Shown here piece by piece: positions 47,666 to 56,564 of a stretch of DNA of 64,000 nt. A model generated the notes under the pieces. The model had not been told where the DNA came from and did not search any database. It saw only the letters and a program-made list of their open reading frames with translations. The stretch's first letter is position 1. The number at the start of each line of letters is the position of its first letter. The stretch comes from Candidatus Latescibacterota bacterium (lineage in GTDB: Bacteria > Latescibacterota > UBA2968 > GCA-2709665): positions 4,800,001 to 4,864,000 of the forward strand of contig OZ244937.1 of NCBI GenBank assembly GCA_965222075.1, in the 5' to 3' direction. Position numbers and translations under genes: made by a program.

Positions 47666-50600
47666 TTAACTCCTGTATATCGGCTCAAAGAGGACCGTAT
47701 CTCCCACCACATAGTCCACAATTCGGACCCAGGCTCCCTCCTGAAGTTTCAGAATTCTCTCCACATTTCCTCTGCTTTCGTCCACACGAAGGGACGTGCG
47801 GCCCTCTCCCGGTGGTTGGGGCCACAACCTCGGGTTTGCGGCTTCGGCAATTTCCGCCCAGGCGCCGTCGGCTTCAGACTGCAGGCGGGTTTTGTGCAGG
47901 TTGCCGGTTCTGGCCAGGATGGGAAAGCCAAGGTCGATCCGATCGCGGTCTACTGAGACAACTTTTGCCCGACCCAGCACAGAGCTGACATCGAGTTTGA
48001 GATGAACCATGTTCGGACCGGAGGGTTCGACGGCCTCCACTTTGTAGGTGTGGCCGCGGCCCTCCGGGTTGATCCGGATCCGATCCCCCGGCTCGATCTT
48101 CACAAGCCCCTCCACGTCGATGGCGCAGGTCTGACGGTCGATGGCGACGATGCAGCCGGTCTGATGGGCGTTCTCAAAGTGGAAGGTTTTGCCTTGATGG
48201 TGGAGGCCGGATGCGCCTGCGGCGACAACGGTTCCGTCGATGACGGCGGCGAGGGCACCTTCAAGACGGGTGCCGTCATCGAATTGGGTGGGAACATCCG
48301 GGTTGGCCTCGGGAGCCCAGTAAAGGGCGATGCGTCTGCCCCGGCGGGTGGTGAGGCCGATGCCGCTTGCGGTTGTAGCGCCTGTGTGGACGGCGATCGG
48401 TTTTGCCTCTGCGAGGGTGGGGTCTCCCACGCGGGGTTCGAAGACGAGGTCGATGCAGGTCGGCTCCTGCTCGTGGAGGGGGGAGCGCCTCCAGAGGAGG
48501 GTGCGGTACCGGTATTTGGACAGATCGGGTTCACCCATCACGGCCGTGGCGCGGGCGGTGAGGAGTTCGGTGTTGGGACCGGTCCTGAGCTGGTGGAGGT
48601 CGAGGCATACGGCAGGCTCGGCTTCGGACTGCCAGGACCCCTTCCAGACCGGCAGGGCCTCTGCTGCGGCCACGTCGTCCATGTAGGCGAGGGCTGTGTG
48701 GTCGGGGTGAGACAGGGTTTCCATATTTCCCCTGTTTCCCCTGGGGTCTGCCACGGTTCCCGGCCGGGGCGTGAATCCGGCGCCGGGAGATTGACAGGCG
48801 CCTTCCATGCCTTTGCAGGCGCGCCAGTGTTCGGTTCCTCCACGGATTCTGGACAGGTCGATGAGGGCGACGCCATCCCCATCTGTTTCAACAAGCGCAA
48901 TGAGGCGGCGGAAGGTGACGCCGGATTTGTACCACCGGTTCCGGGCGCTGTCCCATGCCCAGCGGTCGGCTTCGACATCGAGGACCTGGAGGCCGTCTGC
49001 AAACAGGGTGCGGATGAGGCTGCCCCGGCCGGCGACCCCGGGATCGGCCGGGCCGGGCAGGGTTGCCCAGACCGTGTTGTGGGTTGCCCAGTGGCCTTCC
49101 CATACCGGGCGGCTGGCCCAGGACTGGGGGTAGCCCAGGTCGGTGAGGAAGGGCCTGCCAAAGGCGAAGAGCTGGACATCTAAGAGGTCCCGGTGCCGGT
49201 GCCCGGGGGTGTCGCCGTAGACGATGCCAACGGCCGCCCGTTCGGGGGCTTCGGGAGTCCGGAGGATGGCGATTCCGACGCCGTCGTGGACGGTGGGGCC
49301 GATGGCCCTGTGCCGGCCGGTCTGCACGGCGGTCCGGATTTCGCAAACGGTTGGATCTTCGGTAAATTCAACGGCCCATTCGAGGATGTCGGCGGAGTTG
49401 TAGACGTAGATACAGTCGGCCTCAAGGGGGGCCGCGCCCTTTCCGTGGACGCCGGACCCTGGCGAAGCGCCGTCGCCGAACTGGAACCAGGATTTGCCGA
49501 TCATGGTGATTTCATGCGGCTGCCGGGCAATGCGGGAGGCCCTGGGGTCGCTGAGCAGGGGGGGATAACGGGACTCGGGATAGGCTTCGGGGTGCTGTTT
49601 GCGAAGCTGCCGGAGCTGGTGTTCGAGGATGAAAAGCCCGTTGGTGTGGATGCTGTTGTAATTGCCTGTGGCCTCCGGGGGGGTGCCGTCGGGGAAAAAG
49701 TCATTGGTGGTGAAAACGCGGAGGGTGTCGGGGCCCTCGTCGTAGAGCCAGTCCAGGGCGTTCCGGGCGTCTGGACGGTCCAGGCCCCGGAGGAGGGTCA
49801 GCGCGCCCAGGCTCTCCCGGGGCTGGTTGCTGCGAGCGCCCCAGTCCAGGATGCACTGGAGGTGGACGGCCAGCATTTCTTCGATGAAGGCAGCGACATC
49901 ACCGGGCGTCCGGACGTTGAGGCCAAGCGCCTGCGCCCGCCTGACCAGTTCCGGATCTTCGCGGACGAGGGGCCAGATGGTGTCGTAGGCTAAAGCGAGG
50001 ATTTCACCGATGTAGGGAATGTCGATGGCATAGCGGAGCAGGCCCTTGGCGGACAGCGCGGCCACCGTGTCGGGCTCGCCGGCCCAGTCGGGCTGCCCCC
50101 ATTCCCAGGGTTGCTCCACTTCTTTGGACGGTCCGTGGCGGTACTGGGGAGCCGATGCGGCATAACATTCTTCTGCTGCATAACGCAGGAGCATGAGGCC
50201 AAGCTGACGGGCGGTGTCCTCATCAAAGCCGTTTGTGCGCAAATGGGCGGTGAGCGCCCCGATGGCGCCGCCGTAGTTCTGGATCAGGTCCCTGGTATAG
50301 CTGGCGGCAAAGAGGAAGATGTGGCCTTCGGAATCGAAATAACCAAAGCCGTCGTCTACATACGCTCCGGAGGTGAAGTCTTCTGCGATCAGGTCGTTGC
50401 TGGGAAAGGTGGTCCCGCAGGAGGGACACTCGGAGCGAAAATCGGCCGGGAGGTGATTGCGCACCCAGGGGTAGAATCCGCCGAATTTGAAGATGGCGGT
50501 GCCGCACTGGGGACAGCCCTGGTGGACGTTGGTATAATGGGCTTTGGGGAGTTCCGCCGGGGGAAACTGGCGCCAGAGCACACCGTCTGGCTGCGCGGTC

Positions 50601-51001
50601 CACCAGGAGACCAGGTCATCGTTGATCCTGGAGGGTTCACGCGTGTCCTGGAGCGTCTGACGGGTTTTGGTGGACCGATAGGGCCGACTTAAAGGCCACC
50701 TGCGGGGCCACCAGGCGCCGTTGTAGGTGTGGGGACGGCGCAGCTCGTCTAAGGTGCGTACCTGGAGCGCGATTTGCGCGGTGCGCCCGTTCCTGTGGGC
50801 GGTGATGGTGTAGTCCCCGGACTGCTGCGGGGTACGGAGGTAGTGGTAGAGGGCAGAATCGGCCTGTACCCACCGGGCGGCGATTGGCTGGAAGCCGTCG
50901 GCTTCCAGGGCGATATTACCGTCGGGCGCCTGGACCGGCAGGCGGAAGGCGCGTCCGGTTAAGATGACGCGGGGCGCCCAGGGGATGCGGAGGTTCGGCA
51001 T
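47666..51001 (-). CDS. Large heparinase II/III-like protein with N-terminal Cys4 motif
   Basis: GCPQCG..CPSCG..DDGFGY; E.TGNYN; FGDG; HRHRDLLDVQLFAFG..TDLGYP..HNTV resembles the Hepar_II_III C-terminal motif. Confidence 0.7.
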   Translation of the reverse strand: MPNLRIPWAPRVILTGRAFRLPVQAPDGNIALEADGFQPIAARWVQADSALYHYLRTPQQSGDYTITAHRNGRTAQIALQVRTLDELRRPHTYNGAWWPRRWPLSRPYRSTKTRQTLQDTREPSRINDDLVSWWTAQPDGVLWRQFPPAELPKAHYTNVHQGCPQCGTAIFKFGGFYPWVRNHLPADFRSECPSCGTTFPSNDLIAEDFTSGAYVDDGFGYFDSEGHIFLFAASYTRDLIQNYGGAIGALTAHLRTNGFDEDTARQLGLMLLRYAAEECYAASAPQYRHGPSKEVEQPWEWGQPDWAGEPDTVAALSAKGLLRYAIDIPYIGEILALAYDTIWPLVREDPELVRRAQALGLNVRTPGDVAAFIEEMLAVHLQCILDWGARSNQPRESLGALTLLRGLDRPDARNALDWLYDEGPDTLRVFTTNDFFPDGTPPEATGNYNSIHTNGLFILEHQLRQLRKQHPEAYPESRYPPLLSDPRASRIARQPHEITMIGKSWFQFGDGASPGSGVHGKGAAPLEADCIYVYNSADILEWAVEFTEDPTVCEIRTAVQTGRHRAIGPTVHDGVGIAILRTPEAPERAAVGIVYGDTPGHRHRDLLDVQLFAFGRPFLTDLGYPQSWASRPVWEGHWATHNTVWATLPGPADPGVAGRGSLIRTLFADGLQVLDVEADRWAWDSARNRWYKSGVTFRRLIALVETDGDGVALIDLSRIRGGTEHWRACKGMEGACQSPGAGFTPRPGTVADPRGNRGNMETLSHPDHTALAYMDDVAAAEALPVWKGSWQSEAEPAVCLDLHQLRTGPNTELLTARATAVMGEPDLSKYRYRTLLWRRSPLHEQEPTCIDLVFEPRVGDPTLAEAKPIAVHTGATTASGIGLTTRRGRRIALYWAPEANPDVPTQFDDGTRLEGALAAVIDGTVVAAGASGLHHQGKTFHFENAHQTGCIVAIDRQTCAIDVEGLVKIEPGDRIRINPEGRGHTYKVEAVEPSGPNMVHLKLDVSSVLGRAKVVSVDRDRIDLGFPILARTGNLHKTRLQSEADGAWAEIAEAANPRLWPQPPGEGRTSLRVDESRGNVERILKLQEGAWVRIVDYVVGDTVLFEPIYRS

Positions 51002-51011
51002 GGGGTGTCCT

Positions 51012-51848
51012 CTATACTGCCATCTCTGCTTTGATCGCCGGGTGATGCTTGTAGTCGATCAGTTTGAAATCACCATAGACGAAATCGTCGATCGTTTTCT
51101 GCCCCCTGTCTTCGATGTGGAGCCGGGGGAGCGGATAGGGCGTTCGACTCAGCTGCTCGCGCACTGCGTTGATGTGATTCAGATAGATGTGCACGTCTCC
51201 CAGGGTGTGGATGAATTCATAAGGCTCCAGATGGGTGAGTTGGGCCACCATGTGGAGCAGGAGCGAATAGGAGGCGATGTTCAACGGGACGCCTAAGAAC
51301 ATGTCGCAGGAGCGCTGGTACATCTGGAGAGAAAGCCGGTTCCCCGCTACATAAAACTGGAAGAAAGTATGGCAGGGAGGCAAGGCAACGTCTTGGGGGC
51401 CGACTTCGGCGGCGTTCCAGGCGTTGACCATGATCCTGCGGGAGTCGGAATCGGTTTTAATGGTGTCGATCGCTTCTTGAAGTTGATCAACGGTTCTGTC
51501 CACGCCCCGCCAGTTCCTCCACTGCGCGCCGTAGATTCTGCCCATTGACCCATCGTTTTCCGGTTGTCCGGTTCTTTTCAGGTAGTCCTGATAGTTGCCA
51601 TCCCACAGACTGTTGTTGGGGTAAAGGCTTTTGAGGTCGTAGATGTTGTCGGACCCGGAGATAAACCAGAGGAGTTCGGTGACCATGGACCTCCAGACGA
51701 GCCGTTTGGTGGTGACCGCCGGGAATCCGTCGACCATTCCGTACCTGGCCTGAAGCCCGAAGCCTGAAATGGTTCCGACCCCTGTTCTATCTTTTTTTTG
51801 CGTGCCGTGGCTCAGGATGTACTGGAGCTGGTCCAAGTATTGTTTCAT
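51012..51848 (-). CDS. thyA: Thymidylate synthase
   Basis: DRTGVGT, ELLWF, YGAQWR, SRR, LPPCH, YQRSCD, NIASY, HIYLNH. Confidence 0.97.
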   Translation of the reverse strand: MKQYLDQLQYILSHGTQKKDRTGVGTISGFGLQARYGMVDGFPAVTTKRLVWRSMVTELLWFISGSDNIYDLKSLYPNNSLWDGNYQDYLKRTGQPENDGSMGRIYGAQWRNWRGVDRTVDQLQEAIDTIKTDSDSRRIMVNAWNAAEVGPQDVALPPCHTFFQFYVAGNRLSLQMYQRSCDMFLGVPLNIASYSLLLHMVAQLTHLEPYEFIHTLGDVHIYLNHINAVREQLSRTPYPLPRLHIEDRGQKTIDDFVYGDFKLIDYKHHPAIKAEMAV

Positions 51849-51905
51849 TTCAGGCTCTTCGTAAGGCTGATGACCACCGATGACCACGGGTAGGGGCCAA
51901 AAGCT

Positions 51906-52382
51906 TTAGCGGTTAGCGGGCGTTTTTCTTTTGTATACCACGAAAACGAACTCGGGGTGGTCTTTCTCTTTTGTGATTTCCCACTCGGTCTGGTCGAATT
52001 CGGGGAAGTAGGTGTCTCCGTCGTAGTCTTTTTTGATGTAGGAGAGGTACATTTTGTCCGCAAGGGGGAGGGCCTGGCGGTAGACCTCGCTGCCGCCGAA
52101 GATGAAGCTTTCTTTTTCGCAGGACCGGGCTTTCTGGATGGCGTCTTCGAAGGTTTTGCAGACGTGGATGCCTTCGGTTTCGGGGAGGGTGCGGCTGATG
52201 ACGATGTTTTTTCTCCCGGGGAGGGGACGGCTGCCCAGAGATTCGAAGGTTTTGCGGCCCATGATAAGGGTGTTGCCCATGGTGAGCCTCCGTAACTGTC
52301 TGCTTTCTTCGGAGATGTGCCAGGGCATGGCATTGTTATTGCCGACCACCCGATTCCTGGTCATGGCTGCGATGATGATCAT
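51906..52382 (-). CDS. folA: Dihydrofolate reductase
   Basis: IIAAM, MPW, IMGRKTFES, PLPGR.NIVISR, GG.EVY, GDTYFP. Confidence 0.95.
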   Translation of the reverse strand: MIIIAAMTRNRVVGNNNAMPWHISEESRQLRRLTMGNTLIMGRKTFESLGSRPLPGRKNIVISRTLPETEGIHVCKTFEDAIQKARSCEKESFIFGGSEVYRQALPLADKMYLSYIKKDYDGDTYFPEFDQTEWEITKEKDHPEFVFVVYKRKTPANR

Positions 52383-53734
52383 GGCCTGACCTCGTTTTTC
52401 AGCGGGGGCGCGATGTGAAGGAGCGGTGGGGGAGAGGTTGTCCGGCCGATGAGGTCGTATTCGAGGGCACCGGTGATTTCGACCTCTGCGAACTCGCCGA
52501 TTTGCGCCGGGCCGGTGAGGGTGACTTCCCCGTCGATTTCGGGTGCGTCCATTCGGGTGCGTCCGATGAGGTCGAAGGCGGGGTCTTCGGAGACTCTGTC
52601 GACCAGGACCTGGAAGGTTTGTCCGACAAATCCCTGGTTGATTTCAGCAGAGATGGCCGCCTGAAGGTCCAGAATGCGGTCGAGGCGTTCCCGCTTTTCC
52701 TCCTCGAATACGTCGTCGATCATGAGCCCTGCGGATGTGCCCTCTTCGTGGGAGTAGAGGAAGCCCACGAGGCGGTTGAACCGGATTTCGTCGATGAAGT
52801 CCAGCAGTTCCCGGACGTGTTCTTCCCGTTCGCCGGGGAATCCGGCGATGACGGACGTCCGGACCGTGAGATTGGGCACACGCTCCCGGAGCGTTCGGAT
52901 GAGTTTTCGGATGCCGGCCTTTGTGGTGCTTCGGTTCATGGCCTTGAGGATGGGATCGGAGGCGTGCTGGATGGGCATATCGACATAGGCACAGAGCTTC
53001 TCTTCGGCCGCCAGCAGGTCGATCAGGTCCTCACGCCAGCCGGTGGGGTAGGTGTAGAGGAGGCGGACCCATTTGAGGCCGTCGATTTTGACAAGCTCCC
53101 GGACCAGGTCCACAAGCCGGGGCCGCCCGTAGATGTCGGCGCCGTAGCGCATGGTGTCCTGGGCGACCAGGGCGATTTCTTTGACCCCGCCGGCGACCAT
53201 CCGGAAGGCTTCTGCGACGAGTACTTCGATAGACTCACTCCGGTTGGGGCCCTTGAAGCCGGGGATGGCGCAGAAGGCGCAGGTCCGGTCGCAGCCGTCG
53301 GAGATCCGGAGGTAGGCCCAGTGGTTCGGGGTGAGGAGGAAGCGCGACGCATCGCCTCTGAGTGTCTGCGCCCGGGATACCCCCAAAAGCCGGTCGCAGT
53401 GGGCCACGATGTCCCGCTCGCCGGCCAGGCCGACGATCAGGTCGGCTTCGGTGAGTTCCGCCTCGAGTTCATCCCGGTAGCGCTCGGCCAGGCAGCCCGT
53501 GACGATCAGGCCTTTGCAGTTTCCGCTTTCTTTGTAATCTGCGGCCTCCAGGGCCGTGGCGATGGATTCTTCTTTTGCAGGTTGAATAAACCCGCAGGTG
53601 TTGACGACGATCAGGTCGGCGTCTTCTGAAGACTCGGTAAGGGCATAGCCGTTGCGTTCCAGCAGCCGGTGCATCCGTTCGGAGTCTACGGTGTTTTTGG
53701 GACATCCGAGGGTGATGAGGTTGACTTTGTGCAT
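52379..53734 (-). CDS. rimO: Ribosomal protein S12 methylthiotransferase RimO
   Basis: LGCPKNTVDSE, NTCGFI.PAKEES, GCDRTCAFCAIP radical SAM, TRAM with APEIDG. Confidence 0.95.
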   Translation of the reverse strand: MHKVNLITLGCPKNTVDSERMHRLLERNGYALTESSEDADLIVVNTCGFIQPAKEESIATALEAADYKESGNCKGLIVTGCLAERYRDELEAELTEADLIVGLAGERDIVAHCDRLLGVSRAQTLRGDASRFLLTPNHWAYLRISDGCDRTCAFCAIPGFKGPNRSESIEVLVAEAFRMVAGGVKEIALVAQDTMRYGADIYGRPRLVDLVRELVKIDGLKWVRLLYTYPTGWREDLIDLLAAEEKLCAYVDMPIQHASDPILKAMNRSTTKAGIRKLIRTLRERVPNLTVRTSVIAGFPGEREEHVRELLDFIDEIRFNRLVGFLYSHEEGTSAGLMIDDVFEEEKRERLDRILDLQAAISAEINQGFVGQTFQVLVDRVSEDPAFDLIGRTRMDAPEIDGEVTLTGPAQIGEFAEVEITGALEYDLIGRTTSPPPLLHIAPPLKNEVRP

Positions 53735-54007
53735 ATGCTTGAAGTGTCCGTAGATTTTTTTATCGACTGCTCTCGCCGGATTTGACATTCCAGGTCAAGC
53801 GGAGATTTCTGATGCCGGTGTGTCTGCACGGTACTGGAGAAATGATCGGATAAGAAGCCCTTTTTGTCAAGCCTGAAGATCCCGGGGCAAAGTCCACAGC
53901 AGGGACGGCGGCCGATATTTGGGCCAAAAAACCCTTGCCTTTTTGACCCGACCCTGTATATTTTACGTCTCTGCATAGTGTTCAGGGTTTAACAGGAGGC
54001 GATCAGG

Positions 54008-54199
54008 ATGGCAGCCAGGTGTGAAATCTGCGGGAAGGGGTCGATGGTTGGGAATCACGTCAGCCACGCGAACAACAAAGTGAAGCGCCGGTTCAACCCC
54101 AATCTGAGACGCGTGCGTGCGGTTGTGGATGGGTCGCCCAAACGGATTAAGGTCTGCACAACGTGTATCAAGCTGGGTCTCGTGGTGAAAGCCGCATAG
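54008..54199 (+). CDS. rpmB: 50S ribosomal protein L28 (Zn-binding form)
   Basis: [27 protein letters not shown]; RBS AGGAGG. Confidence 0.97.
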   Translation: MAARCEICGKGSMVGNHVSHANNKVKRRFNPNLRRVRAVVDGSPKRIKVCTTCIKLGLVVKAA

Positions 54200-54229
54200 G
54201 GAATGGGCCGATCACGATGGTTCGGTGTG

Positions 54230-54261
54230 AAAACTCACCTTGAGTGAAAGGTGAGTTTTTT
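54230..54261 (+). terminator. Intrinsic terminator after rpmB
   Basis: AAAACTCACCTT-loop-AAGGTGAGTTTTTT. Confidence 0.85.
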
Positions 54262-54300
54262 CGTTGGGCATGGGTGGGTTTATTAACCGGAAAGTGACCT

Positions 54301-56493
54301 ATGGACTATTTTCACAGCAAGCGGTTCTTAGACACGCTGCAGGACTGGGAGCGGGGGGGCGCGCCCCTGGGCCCTCTGGAGGACTATTTGCCCCGCATGA
54401 GGGCGCTGCTGAGCCGCTTAGACGATCCGCAGGCGCAATATACCTCCATTATTGTGGGGGGGACGGACGGCAAGGGGACGGTGGGCAGCCTGCTGGCGGC
54501 GCTTTTGCACGCGGCAGGCCGGGGGGTCGGGCTTTATATCTCACCCGATCTGCATACCATACGGGAGCGGGTGCAGGTGGATGGAAAGGTGGTGGCGAAG
54601 GATCTCTGGGCCGAGGGGGTGACCCACCTGTATGAGAAGAGCAGGGATTTCGAACGGGAGGGGTACGGCGCGTTCAGCAGGTTTGAGGCCCTCACGGCCC
54701 TGGGGGCCCATCTGTTTGCCCGGGAGGGCGTGGACTACGGGATTTTCGAAGTGGGGTTGGGCGGACGGTACGACGCTACAAATGCCTGGGATTCCGATCT
54801 GGCGGTCCTCACGCCGATTCACCTGGACCACACGGATGTGCTGGGAGAGAGGCTGGAGGAGATCGCCGCGGATAAGTTTACCATTGCCCGGCCGAAGCGG
54901 CCGCTGTTTACCACAGCGTCTCAGGCGCCGGAGGTCTTAGCATACCTCCGGCGGCAGAGCGAGCGGAGCGGGGTGGACCTCTACGTTGTGGGCGCCGGGG
55001 GTGTGGACGCTCCTGCGGGGCGGGCAGGCCTTGTCCTCCCTTCGATTACAGAGGCGTTGCCGGATCGCGCTTCCACCTACATCCGGAATGTCCGCCTGGC
55101 CACAGCCGCCGGGCGCTACCTTCTGGGGGAGGCGCTTGGGGAGGCGCTTGTCCGGGAGACAGTGGAGGCCCACCAGTGGCCGGGGCGGTTCGAGGTGGTG
55201 CGAAAGGATCCCTGGATTCTGCTGGATGGGGCGCACAACCCTGCGGCCGCTGCCGCACTGGTGGAAGACCTTCGAGGTATTTCGCAGCAGTGGACGTTTG
55301 TCGTAGGGGTAAATGCAGGACACGATGCGGCCGGTATTTTGCAGGCCATCCGGCCGATTGCAAAGGAAGTTATCCTGACGGAGTCAGGCCATCCAAAGGC
55401 GATTCCGGCCAGGGTGCTGCGGCAATACCTGCACGGAGGGATTTCCGCCCGGTGTGCGTCTGACCGCCTGGAGGCCCTCAAACGGGAGGTGTCCGGTTTA
55501 AAGGCGGGCGATTGTCTCTGCGTGATCGGATCGCTTTACCTGGTTGCCCAGGCGCGAGATGTGCTCAACCTCCCGGGCGAGCGGGACGGGTTCAGTGAAG
55601 ACGTGATCCTGGAGAGCCTGAGATGCGTAGAAGCGGCCTGTCAGAATCTGGGAGTGGCATATACGGCGGTTTCGGAAGACGGAAATGTGCTGCGCCTCAT
55701 CCGGAACGGCAGGCCCGTTTACTTTTTACGCAATAAGCACCCGTTTAACGATTACGTCGGGGCGCGTCTGGCAGAGGATAAGGCGTATCAGTACGAACTG
55801 TTTCTGCAGGCAGGCCTTCGGGTTCCTTATACGCTGAAGGTCTTCAATCCCCTTGCAGCCCCCCGATTTGACCGCTATAAGACCCATTCCTCTGTGGATG
55901 CTATTGTGGAGGATGTCGAGCGGCAGTTTACCTATCCGGTGGTGGTGAAGCGAAAGCGGGGCTCTATGGGGCAGGGGGTGTACCTGGAGACGAACCGCTT
56001 TGGTCTGAAGCAGCGCCTGCAGGCGTTGTGTGAAAACAGCGGCTACTTAGATAATGTCTTTCTGGTCCAGGCCGTTGTGAGCGGTCCGGAGTACCGTATT
56101 GTGGCCAGCCAGGGGGATCTACTTCTGGCCTATGAAAAGAGAAACGACCTGGGCGGGGAATCGGAGGATTTAAATCCTCTGCACCGGGCCGGCGGACGTG
56201 CGGTGCGGGTCGCCGACCCCGGCCTGCACAGTTCGATGGAGGAGGTTGTAAAGGGGATTGCACAGGTTATTGACCTGGGATTTTACGCCATCGATCTGAT
56301 TCTGGCCGAAGATGGGTTCTCCGTTCTGGAGATCAATCCCAACCCGATCTGCTATTTTTACAATTCGCACAACAGCCGTTCGGATTTTGTGCGTATTTAC
56401 GAGTGGTTGATCCGCAAGTATCTGATGGAAGGGGACCGGAGCGAGTTGGAGCGGCCGGATATCGGGCTGGCGGTTGCAGCAAGGGGCGATTGA
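54301..56493 (+). CDS. folC: Folylpolyglutamate/dihydrofolate synthase FolC fused to a C-terminal ATP-grasp (RimK-like) domain
   Basis: GTDGKGT, SP.L..RER, EVGLGGRYDATN, WPGRFE, LDGAHN, GSLYL; then DKAYQY, PVVVK..GSMGQGV, EYR, IDLI, LEINPNP. Confidence 0.88.
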   Translation: MDYFHSKRFLDTLQDWERGGAPLGPLEDYLPRMRALLSRLDDPQAQYTSIIVGGTDGKGTVGSLLAALLHAAGRGVGLYISPDLHTIRERVQVDGKVVAKDLWAEGVTHLYEKSRDFEREGYGAFSRFEALTALGAHLFAREGVDYGIFEVGLGGRYDATNAWDSDLAVLTPIHLDHTDVLGERLEEIAADKFTIARPKRPLFTTASQAPEVLAYLRRQSERSGVDLYVVGAGGVDAPAGRAGLVLPSITEALPDRASTYIRNVRLATAAGRYLLGEALGEALVRETVEAHQWPGRFEVVRKDPWILLDGAHNPAAAAALVEDLRGISQQWTFVVGVNAGHDAAGILQAIRPIAKEVILTESGHPKAIPARVLRQYLHGGISARCASDRLEALKREVSGLKAGDCLCVIGSLYLVAQARDVLNLPGERDGFSEDVILESLRCVEAACQNLGVAYTAVSEDGNVLRLIRNGRPVYFLRNKHPFNDYVGARLAEDKAYQYELFLQAGLRVPYTLKVFNPLAAPRFDRYKTHSSVDAIVEDVERQFTYPVVVKRKRGSMGQGVYLETNRFGLKQRLQALCENSGYLDNVFLVQAVVSGPEYRIVASQGDLLLAYEKRNDLGGESEDLNPLHRAGGRAVRVADPGLHSSMEEVVKGIAQVIDLGFYAIDLILAEDGFSVLEINPNPICYFYNSHNSRSDFVRIYEWLIRKYLMEGDRSELERPDIGLAVAARGD

Positions 56494-56564
56494 GTTGGAA
56501 AAAGGGATAAAGACTGGCCCACCAGGGTCCGCATCGAGTTCGGGTTTTTACCGTGTCCTCCGTG

